Shown: piece by piece, positions 27,729 through 37,539 of the stretch | How positions within the stretch are numbered: the first letter of the stretch is position 1 | Layout of the letters: the number at the start of each line of letters is the position of its first letter | From: Polyangiaceae bacterium | GTDB taxonomy: Bacteria; Myxococcota_A; Polyangia; Polyangiales; Polyangiaceae | Length of the DNA stretch: 37,636 bases | Direction of reading: 5' to 3' | Assembly (NCBI GenBank): GCA_044222475.1 | Contig: JBGANF010000078.1 | Span: 1 to 37,636, forward strand | Position numbers and translations under genes: made by a program | Notes under the pieces: model-generated | The model's input: the letters and a program-made list of their open reading frames with translations, nothing else | The model's database searches: none | What the model was told of the DNA's origin: nothing

Positions 27729-30700
27729 ATGGACCCGAGCGAAATCGACATGCTCGTCCGTCGTCTCGTCGCGAATCCGCACGACGAGGAGGCACTCGCC
27801 TACGCCCACCACGCTGGGTCGACGGATCCGAAGAGCTACGCGATGTTGCTCGAGAAGGTCGGCAACGAGACGACCGACCCCGCGTACTCCAGCCACTGGC
27901 TGAGCGAAGCGGCGAACGTGTGGGTCACCGCGCTCGGTGACGCCCATCGCGCCGCGCGCGTGCTCATGACCGCGATCGATCGCGACCCCACGCAGCAAGT
28001 GGCGGCGGAGCGACTCGCGCAGCTCTACCGCGACAAGGGCGACGTGAAGGCGCTCGCCGCGCTGCTCGATCGGCGCGCGAAGGCGCTCGCTCCCCTCCTG
28101 CACGGCAACCCGGAGCTCCGCGGAGAGCTCGCCGGCATGCACGAAGAGCTCGGCCGCTTGTGGGCCGAAGCGCCGCTCACCCAGCCGAAGAAGGCGGTCG
28201 AGCACTACCGCCGCGCCGTCGAGCTCGACCCGACCAGCGCGTACGCCATCTACAACGCGCGCGAGCTCCTCAAGCAGCTCGGCCAGTACGAAGACGCGAT
28301 CCCGTTGTACGACGCCGAGCGCGCGATCGAGACCGACACGGCGCGCCAGGTCGGGCTCTATCGAGACGAGGCCGCGACGCGAAAGCTCGCCGGCGATCTC
28401 GTCGGCGCAACCGCCTGCTTCGCCGCCGCGCGAGAGCTCGATCCCGAAGACCCCGCGCTTCAGCAGGAGCTCGCGGCGACGATCCTCGACCGCGTCCAGG
28501 CCGGAGAGAACGTCCCCCAGCAAGAGCGGACGGGCGGCGCCGACATGCTCGTCGCCCTCGCCGAGGTCTACGACGGAGAGCACGGCCTCGCGTACTCGGG
28601 CGGAGCGCTCGATCTCGATCCCGGCCACGACCGGGCGATGCAGCTATTCGTGTATTATGCACGTACCCTGCAGCGCGACGCGGACATCGGTCCGCGGTTC
28701 GGCCCGTACCTCGCCGCGAACCCGAACGGCTCGATGGCCGACGAGGCGCGCCAAGCCGGCTACGAGCCGCGCGCCGCCGAGCCCCCGCAGCCACGCGCGC
28801 CCGAGCCGCGCGCGGGTCGTGAAGAGCCTGCGCCCCAGCCGCGCGGAGAGGGCCTCTCGCGCCCGGTCATGGAGTTCACCGCACCCTCGCGGGGCGGGCA
28901 GCCGACCAGCGAGCCGCCGCCCGTGCAGGAGTCCGCTGCGCCTCGTCGCGTGAGTGGCCTCCCGCCGGATCGCCTCCAAGGCGTGCTCGACGCGGCGCAG
29001 ATGCTCGCGAACAAGGGCAAGCGCGCCGAGGCGTTCGCCAAGTACCGCGAGGTGCTCGACGCCGATCCGGCGCAACCGGAGGCGCTGTCGTGGGCGGAGG
29101 ACTACCTCCGCACCAAGCGCGACTACGCGGCCCTGCGCGATCTCTTGCTGGCCAGCGTGCGCGCCGTCGGCGGAACGAAAGAGTCGCTCGAGACTCGCCG
29201 CGAGCGTCTGCGTGAGATCGCCGGCATCTGCGAAGGCAACCTCCGCGACGTGGACGGTGCTGCGGCCGCCCTCAAGCAGCTGCTCGTCCTCGACCGAGGC
29301 GACGAGAGCGCTCGTCAGTCGCTGACCCGCATCCTCGAGAAGGCTCAGCGCTGGGACGACCTCGCCAACATGCTCGAGTCGGAGGCGAGCGCCGCCGGCG
29401 ACGTCGACACCAAGATCGCGCTCGAGAAGAAGCTCGCTGGCCTCCACGAGACCAAGCGACGCGACTTCGTCGCCGCCGCCGAGGCGTGGGCCCGGATCGC
29501 GCGCCTCGCGCCGGAGGACGACCGGGCGGTCTCGACCGCCGCGAAGCTCTTCGAGAAGGGCGGTCAGCTCGACCAAGCCGCTCAGGTCATCGCCGACAGC
29601 GCCGCATCGATCGAGGACGGCGTCGCGCGTGGACAACTCCTCGAGCGCCTCGGCGAGCTCCGGGAGCAAGGCGGCGACCTCGCCGCCGCCGGCGAAGCCT
29701 ACGCCGACGCGGCCGAAGCGCAGCGCAGCGGAAAGCTCTGGGAGGCCGCCGAGCGGTGCTTCGCCGGCGCCGAGCGCTGGGAGCGCGCTGCGTTCGCAGC
29801 CTCGCAGCGCGGTCAGCAGGGCGGCGACTCCAAGGTCGAAGCGCAACACTACGCCCGAGCGGCCGAGCACTTCTCGCGCGCCGGAGACGAGGCTGGTGCG
29901 CTCGAGAAGCTCGAGCAAGCCGCGGAGCTCGATCCGATCGCAGACGAGTACGCCACCGCCCTGACCGACCGCTACACCGCGACCGGATCGTGGGAGAAGC
30001 TCGTCGCGCTGCTCGCGAAGCGCGGCGATCGCCTCGCCGACCGCGGCAAGCGCGTCGCACAGCGACGCCAAGCCGCCGTGCTCCTCGCGACGAAGCTGCT
30101 CGACAAGGAGACGGCCCGCGAGCAGTGGCTCAAGGTCCTCGACGACGGCGACGACCGCGAAGCGCTCGAGCACCTCATCGACTACGCGATCGAGCGCGAG
30201 GATCACACCGAAGCGACGACCCTCCTCCGCCGGCTCGGCGCGATCGCGGTCGACAAGGCCGACAAGGCCCGCGTCGCGCTCCGCGAGGCCGAGCTCCTCG
30301 CCGAGGGCATCGGCGACGTCGACACCGCGATCGTCCGCTACGAGTCGGTTCTCTCCGATCTCGATCCCACCTGTCGCCCTGCGCTCCAAGCGATCGCCGA
30401 CCTGCAAGAAGCGCGCGACAACTTCCTCGCCGCCGCCGAAGCGCTCGAGCGCGAGCTCAAGCTCGTCGCCGATCCTCAAGAGCGCGGGCAGATCGCGACG
30501 CGCCTCGCGCGCTTGTACGACAAGCTCGACGATCCTCGACAGGCCATCCGCGCGCTCGAGATCGTGCGCAAGGCCGACCCCGACGACTTCGACGCGCTGG
30601 AGCGACTCTGCGAGCTCAGCGAGAAGATCGAGCAGTGGGATCGCGTGGCCGAGCTCCTCGCTCAGCGCATCGAGGTCCAAGCCGACGAAGGCGAAGCCGC

Positions 30701-32761
30701 CGAGATGACGCTGAAGCTCGCGGGCATCCTCGCCGACCGACTCGGTCGAGGCGACGAAGCGCTCGCCGCCCTGACCGAGTTCGCCGACCAAGGCGATCAG
30801 AACCTCCGCGCCGCGTACGTCGACCTCGGCGATCGCCTCGGATGGAAAGGTCTCGTCGCGCAGAAGCTCGTCGAGTGGTGGCTCGATGCTCGCAGCGGCC
30901 CGGAGCGCACCGCCGCCCTCCGCGGCGCGTTCGACCGCTTCAGCGAGGTCGGGCGCCAGAAGGACGCCGCGCGCGTCGCCATGGAGATCGTTCGGGCCAA
31001 GGGCGCCGACCGAACCCTGGCCGCGCACCTCGAAGAGCTCGCGACGCAGACGAACGATCACGACGCCCTCTACGTCGCGCAAGATCTGCTCCTCCGCGAT
31101 CTGACCGGCACCGAGCGCGCGACCGAGCTCGTGCGACAGGCCGAGGCCCGCGCGGCCGCCGGCGTGCTCCGCTCCGAAGCCCTCTCCCACGGAGAGCAAG
31201 GGCTGCTCGCCGTTCCGCCGAGCGAGGCCGAGCCGTTGCTCGAGCGGCTCGCGGGCCTCGCCGACAAGCCGATCGAGGTCGTCGAGCTCTACGAGCGCCA
31301 GGTCTCTCGCTCGAAGGTCCCCGCCGATCGCATGCGCGCCCTCGCGCGCGCCGCGCAGGTCGCGGCCGCCAAGGGGATCGCCGATCGCGCCCGGACGTTC
31401 TTCGAGCTCGCGCTCGCCGGTCTGCCGACCGAAGAGACGCTCACCACCCTCGAAGAAGCCGCCAGCGCCGGCGATCGCGCGACCGGCGGCGAGCGCCTGC
31501 GGCGCGCGCTCTGCGCGGCGTTCACCAGCAGCGGCGGCGGCGCGCGCGACGGCGGGCGCACCCGCGCGTCGCCCTGCGCCGCGCGGCCGGCGTCGCCTAC
31601 CGCGATCTCAAGGACGTCGATCAAGCCTTCGCCTGGATGGCCGACGCGCTCGTCGCCCACGTCGATCCCTCGACGCTCGACGCGCTCGAGCAGCTCGCGC
31701 GCGACGTCGGCGACATGAACCGCGCCGAGGCAGCCATCTCGCACGCCCTCACCGAGGTGTTCGACGGCCCGCTCGTCCGTCAGCTCCTCGGCCGACGCGC
31801 GAAGGTCCGCCGCACCGAGCTCGACGATCGCGCCGGCGCGGCCGCCGACTTGAAGAAGCTCCACGACCTCTCGCCGACCGACGCGAGCGTCATGGAAGAC
31901 CTGTCGGGCCTCCTCACCGAGCTCGGCGACTACCGCGGCATGGTCCAGCTGTACGAAGACCAGATCCTCCGCGGCAAGGACATGAACGCCCGCGCCGAGC
32001 TCGCGCGCAAGGTCGCGCGCATGTGGGAAGAGCAGCTCCAGGATCCCCGCGAGGCCGCCGACGCGTGGCGCCGCGTGCTCCGCATGCGCGCGGGTGATCC
32101 CGAAGCGACCGCCGGCCTCGAGCGCGCGAAGACGAACATGCTCAAGCGGCCGGACCCGAACGCGCCGGCAGACCAGTACTCGCCGCCGAAGCCGACGGTC
32201 CCACCGCCTCCCCCGCCCGAGTCCGATCGGCACACCGCGAAGACCACCCCGCCTGCGCCGGCCATGATCCCGACGCCGGCCGCGTCGTTCGTACCTCCCG
32301 GACGAATGGACCTCCCGGCCGACACCGGCGGCATCGTCGCCGCGCTGGTCGACACGTCCGAGACTCCGGCCGAGATGCCGCTGCCGCGCGCAGCGGTCCC
32401 GCCGCCGGAGGAGCGCGGGCCCGACTCCGAGCACCCGACGATGGCGCTCGGTCAGGAAGAGGTCGCCGCGCTCACCCGCGGGCTCGGCCCGCGCTCGACC
32501 GAGTCGAGCGAGAGCGCGAGCACGGCCCGCCAACCGACGACCGGGCCGAGCACGCTGCGCGGTGGCGCGGCCGCCCCGAGCGACGCGATGTCCAGCACCG
32601 ACGAGCGCCCGGCGATCGCGCTCGACTTCAACGACGAGACGATCGCGCGACCGATCGACCCCGACGCGAGCAGCGAGATCGTCGACATCGACGAGCTCGC
32701 CGTCGACGTCGAAGAGGAAGAGAAGCCGCGCTCGATCCCCCCGCCGCTGCCGCGGAATTAG
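27729..32761 (+). CDS. Giant TPR protein (~1677 aa if corrected), frameshifted at ~31572
   Basis: The TPR-rich frame from ATG 27729 degrades after GGRTRAS. Coding continues in another frame (LRRAAGVAYRDLKDVDQAF... to TAG 32761) with TPR units and an acidic/Pro-rich tail. Confidence 0.8.
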
Positions 32762-33643
32762 CTACCGGAAGCGGAGAACGTCGGCGTCGAGCGACGCGGC
32801 CTCTCCGTGGACGAACGCCTCGTTGCGATCGGCGTGGCCGAACGGAGCGCCGGTCGCCACCGGAAGCGTCACGCGTGCGCAGAAGTCCTCCAGCACGTCG
32901 TCGACGGAGACGCCGTCGGGCCCTGGACCGCACGCGTCGAAGTCACCGAAGACGACCGCCGACGCGCGCTCGAAGTGGCCGCCGATGCGCAGGCTGGTGA
33001 GCATGCGGTCGATCCGGTAGGGCCGCTCCGTCACGTCTTCGAGGAGGACGATCGCGCCGTCGGGGATGCGGAGCTTCCCGGCGGCGGCCAGGGTCGCGAG
33101 GAGGGTCAGGTTGCCTCCGAACAGGGGCCCCGTCGCGCTGCCACGACGGAGGACGCGCAAACCGTCGAACGGCGCGCGCGGGCGTCCCTCGAGGGCTCGC
33201 AACAGCGACCTCCGCGTTCGCGGCAGAGCGGCGGACGGTCGGGCGAGGCCGGTGACGTTCGACGCGTGGATGGACGCGATGCCGTGCGCGGAGGCCTCGA
33301 GGTGGAGCGCGGTCACGTCGGAGAATCCGACGATCCATTTGGGTCTGGCGAGCAGCGCGTCCCACGGCAGTCGGTCGAGGATGCGAACCAGCCCGTACCC
33401 GCCGCGCGCGCACACGATGGCTCCGACGTCGTCGCGGGCGAACGCGTGCGCGAGCTCCCTCGCGCGATCCTCGTCGGAGCCGGCGAGGTAGCCGGTGCGC
33501 GCGAAGATGCGCGCCGTCGTCACGAGCTCGTATCGCGCGCCGAGCCACGCGAGCCCGGCGCACAGATCCGTCCAGGGAAACGGGCTCGCGGGCGCGACGA
33601 TCGCGATGCGACTGCCGGAGCCGAGCGTGGGCGGGAAGAGCAC
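32762..33643 (-). CDS. LD-carboxypeptidase (peptidase S66, LdcA-like)
   Basis: IAIVAPAS, RGGYG, catalytic Ser in GFSDVT, GGNL, Glu in LEDV and His in FGH. GTG start 6 nt after TACCTT. Confidence 0.93.
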   Translation of the reverse strand: MLFPPTLGSGSRIAIVAPASPFPWTDLCAGLAWLGARYELVTTARIFARTGYLAGSDEDRARELAHAFARDDVGAIVCARGGYGLVRILDRLPWDALLARPKWIVGFSDVTALHLEASAHGIASIHASNVTGLARPSAALPRTRRSLLRALEGRPRAPFDGLRVLRRGSATGPLFGGNLTLLATLAAAGKLRIPDGAIVLLEDVTERPYRIDRMLTSLRIGGHFERASAVVFGDFDACGPGPDGVSVDDVLEDFCARVTLPVATGAPFGHADRNEAFVHGEAASLDADVLRFR

Positions 33644-33695
33644 CCGCGAAAGGTACCCGTTGACCGGTCGCCACGAAAGGCGACAAGCTCGGCGC

Positions 33696-34595
33696 GTGGC
33701 TTTCGGAACCGAGCTGAGACGCACGCCGACGAGCGGCCTCTTTGGCGCCTTCCAGCGCGCCGCGCTCGACCGTGCGCTCCGTGCCGCGCTCGGCCCCGAC
33801 TTCGAGGCCCGCATCGAGGCGGTGCCGCTCCACCTCGGATCGTCCGGCGTCGACCCGTTCGGCCTCGATCCCGAGTGGACGAAATATGCGCTCGCGGGCG
33901 CGGCGATCCTGCACCGCCGCTACTTCCGCACGGAGGTGTTCGGCGCCGAGCTCGTCCCTCGCGGACGCCTGCTCCTCATCGCGAACCACTCGGGGCAGGT
34001 CCCGTTCGACGCGATGATCCTCGGCGCGACCATGTTCCTCGACGTGAACCCGCCGCGCTTCATCCGCGCGATGGTCGAGAAGTGGACGCAGACGCTCCCC
34101 TTCGTCTCGACGCTCTTCCCGCGGGTCGGTCAGGTCGTCGGCGTGCCCGAGAACGCCCGGCGGCTGCTCGAGCAGGACGAAGCGCTCCTCGTCTTCCCCG
34201 AGGGGTCACGCGGCATCTCGAAGCCCTTCTCGAAGCGCTATCAGCTCACCGAGTTCGGGCTCGGCTTCATGCGCCTCGCGATCGAGACGAAGACGCCGAT
34301 CGTCCCCGTCGCGGTCGTGGGCGCCGAAGAGCAGTACGTCTCGCTGGCCAACCTCGATCGCGTCGCGCGGTTCCTCCAGATGCCGTCCGCGCCGCTCTTG
34401 CCGCAGCTTCTCCTGCCGTTCGGCGCGATGCCGCTCCCCGTTCGGTATCGGCTCCACTTCGGCGCGCCGATGTCGTTCGACGGCGACGCCGACGACGACG
34501 ACGCGATCATCGAAGCGAAGGTCGCGCGCGTGCGCGGGGTCATTCAGTCGATGGTCAACCGCGGCGTCCACGAGCGAAAGGGCATCTTCTTTTGA
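33696..34595 (+). CDS. Lysophospholipid/glycerol acyltransferase family protein (PlsC-like)
   Basis: NHSGQVPFD (HxxxxD), VFPEG, GFMRLA and PIVPVAVVGAEE motifs; N-terminal DPFGLDP. Confidence 0.9.
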   Translation: MAFGTELRRTPTSGLFGAFQRAALDRALRAALGPDFEARIEAVPLHLGSSGVDPFGLDPEWTKYALAGAAILHRRYFRTEVFGAELVPRGRLLLIANHSGQVPFDAMILGATMFLDVNPPRFIRAMVEKWTQTLPFVSTLFPRVGQVVGVPENARRLLEQDEALLVFPEGSRGISKPFSKRYQLTEFGLGFMRLAIETKTPIVPVAVVGAEEQYVSLANLDRVARFLQMPSAPLLPQLLLPFGAMPLPVRYRLHFGAPMSFDGDADDDDAIIEAKVARVRGVIQSMVNRGVHERKGIFF

Positions 34596-35560
34596 CCGCC
34601 GCGAGGAAGACGAAGCGACCCGCGCGCGGGCTCGGCAAGGTGGTCGTGACCGGGATCTGCGGCCGCCTCGGCAAGCGCGTGGCCCGGGTGCTTCATCGCA
34701 CGCGCCCGGTCGTCGGGGTCGACCGGCGCGAGTTCCCCGATCGCCCGAAGGACATCCACCACGAGGCGATCGACCTGCGGCGGAAGAAGCTCAAGGACGT
34801 CTTCCGCGCGGGCGACGTCGAGGCGGTCGTCCACCTCGGCATCATGCACGACCCGCGCGCCTCGGCGGCGGAGCACCACTCGTGGAACGTGGAGGGCTTC
34901 GGCAAGCTCCTCGAGTACGCGGCGCAGTTTCGCGTCCCCAAGGTGGTCGTGCTCTCGAGTGCGAACGTCTACGGACCGCAGCCGCAGAACCCGCAGTTTC
35001 TCACCGAAGAGGCGCCCCTCCTCGGCGGCGCGCGGTTCTCCGAGATCCGCGACCTGATCGAGGTCGACATGCTCGCCCAGAGCTTCTTCTGGAAGCACTC
35101 GCCAGCCGCAAGCGTCGAGACGGTCATCCTCCGGCCGGTCCACATCCTCGGAAGCGTGCACAATGCACCTTCCAACTTTCTGCGCCTGAAGACGATCCCG
35201 ACGCTCCTCGGCTACGACCCGATGGTTCAGGTGATCCACGAAGCCGACGTCGTCCGTGCGATCGAGTGCGCGCTCGCCCCGAAGGTGCGCGGCATCTTCA
35301 ACGTGGCCGGCCCCGACCCGCTGCCGCTGTCGCGCGTGATCGGCATGCTGGGCCGCCGCACGTTCCCGGTGCCGCACTCGCTCGCGCGCGCGACCCTCCA
35401 GCGACTCTGGTCGCTGCGCCTCACGAGCTTCCCCGCGCCCGAGCTCGATCACATCCGCTACGTCTGCATGGTCGACGACACGCGCGCGCGATCGATCCTC
35501 GGGTTTTCACCGCTCCGCGACATCGAGGAGACCGTGCTCGCCGTCGATTCCGATCGTTGA
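34592..35560 (+). CDS. NAD-dependent epimerase/dehydratase-like (extended SDR)
   Basis: VVVTGICGRLG, VVHLG, SSANVYG, LRP and GIFNVAG. TTG start overlaps the upstream stop (TTGA). Confidence 0.88.
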   Translation: MTAARKTKRPARGLGKVVVTGICGRLGKRVARVLHRTRPVVGVDRREFPDRPKDIHHEAIDLRRKKLKDVFRAGDVEAVVHLGIMHDPRASAAEHHSWNVEGFGKLLEYAAQFRVPKVVVLSSANVYGPQPQNPQFLTEEAPLLGGARFSEIRDLIEVDMLAQSFFWKHSPAASVETVILRPVHILGSVHNAPSNFLRLKTIPTLLGYDPMVQVIHEADVVRAIECALAPKVRGIFNVAGPDPLPLSRVIGMLGRRTFPVPHSLARATLQRLWSLRLTSFPAPELDHIRYVCMVDDTRARSILGFSPLRDIEETVLAVDSDR

Positions 35561-35588
35561 GGCGGATCTTTCCGTGTAGCCTTCGGGC

Positions 35589-35930
35589 ATGCGTTCTCAC
35601 CGCCTCGATCGCTTGACGCGACTGACTCATGGTGCCGCTCTGGTGGGTCTCGGAGCCTTTGCCGCCGCCTGCAACAACGAGCCAAAGCACACGAACGCAC
35701 CGGACCCGAACGGGTCGCACGAGCCGATCCACGTCAACGCGACTGCCGATCCGACGCCGCCGCCTTCGACCTCGGCGACCGCTCCGATCGCGGTGAACGC
35801 GACCGCGCCGCCCGCGTCGGCGAGCGCGGCTCCGCAGACTCCCCCGGCGACCTCGGGGAGCGTCAAGCCGTCGCTCACGCCGCACATCAACGCGCCGCCG
35901 CCGGGTCTTCCCACGCGCACGAACGGCTGA
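35589..35930 (+). CDS. Small Pro/Ala/Thr-rich lipoprotein with repeated xNA[P/T] motifs, 113 aa
   Basis: Basic N-terminus, hydrophobic core and AAAC lipobox. Motifs HTNAP, HVNAT, AVNAT, HINAP. TAGCCT -10 box 6 nt before the ATG. Confidence 0.75.
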   Translation: MRSHRLDRLTRLTHGAALVGLGAFAAACNNEPKHTNAPDPNGSHEPIHVNATADPTPPPSTSATAPIAVNATAPPASASAAPQTPPATSGSVKPSLTPHINAPPPGLPTRTNG

Positions 35931-35934
35931 CGCC

Positions 35935-36777
35935 GTGGCGTTCTCTCTCCTTCGGGCCACCGACGGGGAGCTCGTGCTCACGGACGAGCACGAGAAGCTC
36001 GTGTTGCCCCGCAAGGGCACGATCGATTGGGCCGGCTTCCGCCGAGAAGACTTCACTGCGGAGCAGCTCGACGCCGCCGCCGACGCGTGGCGCACGCGCG
36101 CCCTGCAGGAGTTCCACTCGCTCGCGCTCTTCACGCAGCTCTCGTCGCAGCTTCACTTGCTGGGTGCGCCGCTCGATTGGTCGGGAGCGTTCGCGCGGAT
36201 GATCGTCGACGAGGTTCGCCACACCGACGTCTGCATGAAGATGTGCGAGGCGCTCGGGCGGCCGTCGAGCCCGTCGATCGTGGAGTCCGATCTTCACCTC
36301 GTGTCGGAGCGATCGCTGCGCGAGCGCGTCCGCGACGTCGTGCTCGCGGCGTTCTGCATCGGTGAGACGATCAGCGGTCGCATGTTCAAGGGCGCGCTGC
36401 GGGCGGCGACGGTGCCGCTCGCACGCGACGTCGTCGCGGCGATCCTGGTCGACGAGACGTTCCACGGCGAGCTGGGCTGGGAGCTCGGTGCGCTCCTCAT
36501 GCGCGAGATCGAGCCGAGCGAGCGCGCGTACGTCGTCGAACGGCTGCCGGTGCTGTTCGCGCACTACGCGGAGCTGTGCAGCGCGAAGCCGGGGCTCGCG
36601 TGGGCGCGGTCGCAGCCGATCGCGCAGCCGGCGCCGAACTTCGGGACGCTCACGGCGGCGGGGTACGCGCGCGCCTTCTTCGAGGGCATGGACGAAGACG
36701 TGGTGCCGGGGCTCGTCGCGATCGGCCTGCCGGAAGCGGAGTCGGCGTGGCGCGCGGTGATGGACTCGCTGCCGTAG
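35935..36777 (+). CDS. Ferritin-like diiron-carboxylate protein, 280 aa
   Basis: Ligand pattern E...DExRH...E...DExxH (QEFHS, DEVRH, GETIS, DETFH). Starts 4 nt after the lipoprotein stop. Confidence 0.85.
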   Translation: MAFSLLRATDGELVLTDEHEKLVLPRKGTIDWAGFRREDFTAEQLDAAADAWRTRALQEFHSLALFTQLSSQLHLLGAPLDWSGAFARMIVDEVRHTDVCMKMCEALGRPSSPSIVESDLHLVSERSLRERVRDVVLAAFCIGETISGRMFKGALRAATVPLARDVVAAILVDETFHGELGWELGALLMREIEPSERAYVVERLPVLFAHYAELCSAKPGLAWARSQPIAQPAPNFGTLTAAGYARAFFEGMDEDVVPGLVAIGLPEAESAWRAVMDSLP

Positions 36778-36843
36778 CGGACTCGATCGAAGAGAAACCG
36801 CAAGGACGAGGAGAGCGCGCCCTGGCGTTCCTCTTCGGGGAGG

Positions 36844-37092
36844 TCAGCGAGCGTCTTGGTCGACGACGCGACGCCAGATTCCGGTCGCTTCGAGCGCGAA
36901 GATTCGCGTCTCGTTCGCGTTCTGGTTTCGCAGCACCATGCGCGCGGGCGGCGACGGATCACGGGCGTAGCTCCGGAAGCGCCACAGGGCGGCGTCCTCC
37001 TCGAGCTCGGCGGCAAAACCGGTCTTCTTGAACAGGTCGAGCGTCTTCTTCGCGCTCTTGTCCAGACCCTTGGGCGGCGGCCACTCGATCAT
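36844..37092 (-). CDS. Hypothetical protein, 82 aa
   Basis: ATG start, GC3-biased codons and plausible composition; fills the intergenic gap. No recognised domain. Confidence 0.5.
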   Translation of the reverse strand: MIEWPPPKGLDKSAKKTLDLFKKTGFAAELEEDAALWRFRSYARDPSPPARMVLRNQNANETRIFALEATGIWRRVVDQDAR

Positions 37093-37195
37093 GGGACCCT
37101 GAGTACCACGACGAAACGGAAACGAGGAGGGCGTCTCGTATCTTCGCCCGACGGGGCCGGGCGGCGCGTGCCGCCCCGGTGACCCAAATAAGCGA

Positions 37196-37224
37196 AGGGC
37201 CTGACGACATTGTCGTCAGGCCCT
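37196..37224 (-). terminator. Terminator hairpin downstream of the tRNA-Val/tRNA-Asp pair
   Basis: Near-perfect palindrome AGGGCCTGACGACA-T-TGTCGTCAGGCCCT, followed on the minus strand by TCGCTTATTT. Confidence 0.75.
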
Positions 37225-37227
37225 GAG

Positions 37228-37301
<74 letters not shown>

Positions 37302-37355
37302 AAGTTTCGAACGTTTGCTGCGATCCCTGTTGAGGCTCCCGGCTTGAAAACTGCG

Positions 37356-37427
37356 TAGGCGGGACAGGGCTTGAACCTGCGACATCCGGCGTGTAAAGCC
37401 AGCGCTCTACCGCTGAGCTACCCGCCC
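37356..37427 (-). tRNA. tRNA-Val (TAC)
   Basis: Acceptor GGGCGGG/CCCGCCT, D-arm GCTC/GAGC, anticodon arm CTGGC-TTTACAC-GCCGG, T-loop TTCAAGC, discriminator A. CCA not encoded. Confidence 0.96.
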
Positions 37428-37453
37428 AGAAAAGCTGAAAAAGAACGTGCGGG

Positions 37454-37482
37454 TAAGTACAGGCCAGCGCTCACCCGGTCAA
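37454..37482 (-). promoter_or_regulatory. Possible sigma70 promoter of the tRNA pair
   Basis: TTGACC-17 nt-TACTTA on the minus strand, 26 nt upstream of tRNA-Val. The -10 is imperfect. Confidence 0.4.
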
Positions 37483-37539
37483 GCCGATTCGTACCGACGA
37501 GGCTTCCCGCACGATCCCGACGTGCGAGAGAGAGAGAAC

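Noticed and set aside
29486..31573. N-terminal part of the 1091-aa ORF 29486-32761 as an independent gene
   Set aside because: Arg-rich off-frame translation. Only the part after ~31574 is protein-like and belongs to the frameshifted TPR gene.
32807..34591. N-terminal extension making a 917-aa epimerase fusion
   Set aside because: It overlaps the LD-carboxypeptidase (antisense) and the acyltransferase (other frame). The real SDR starts near 34592.
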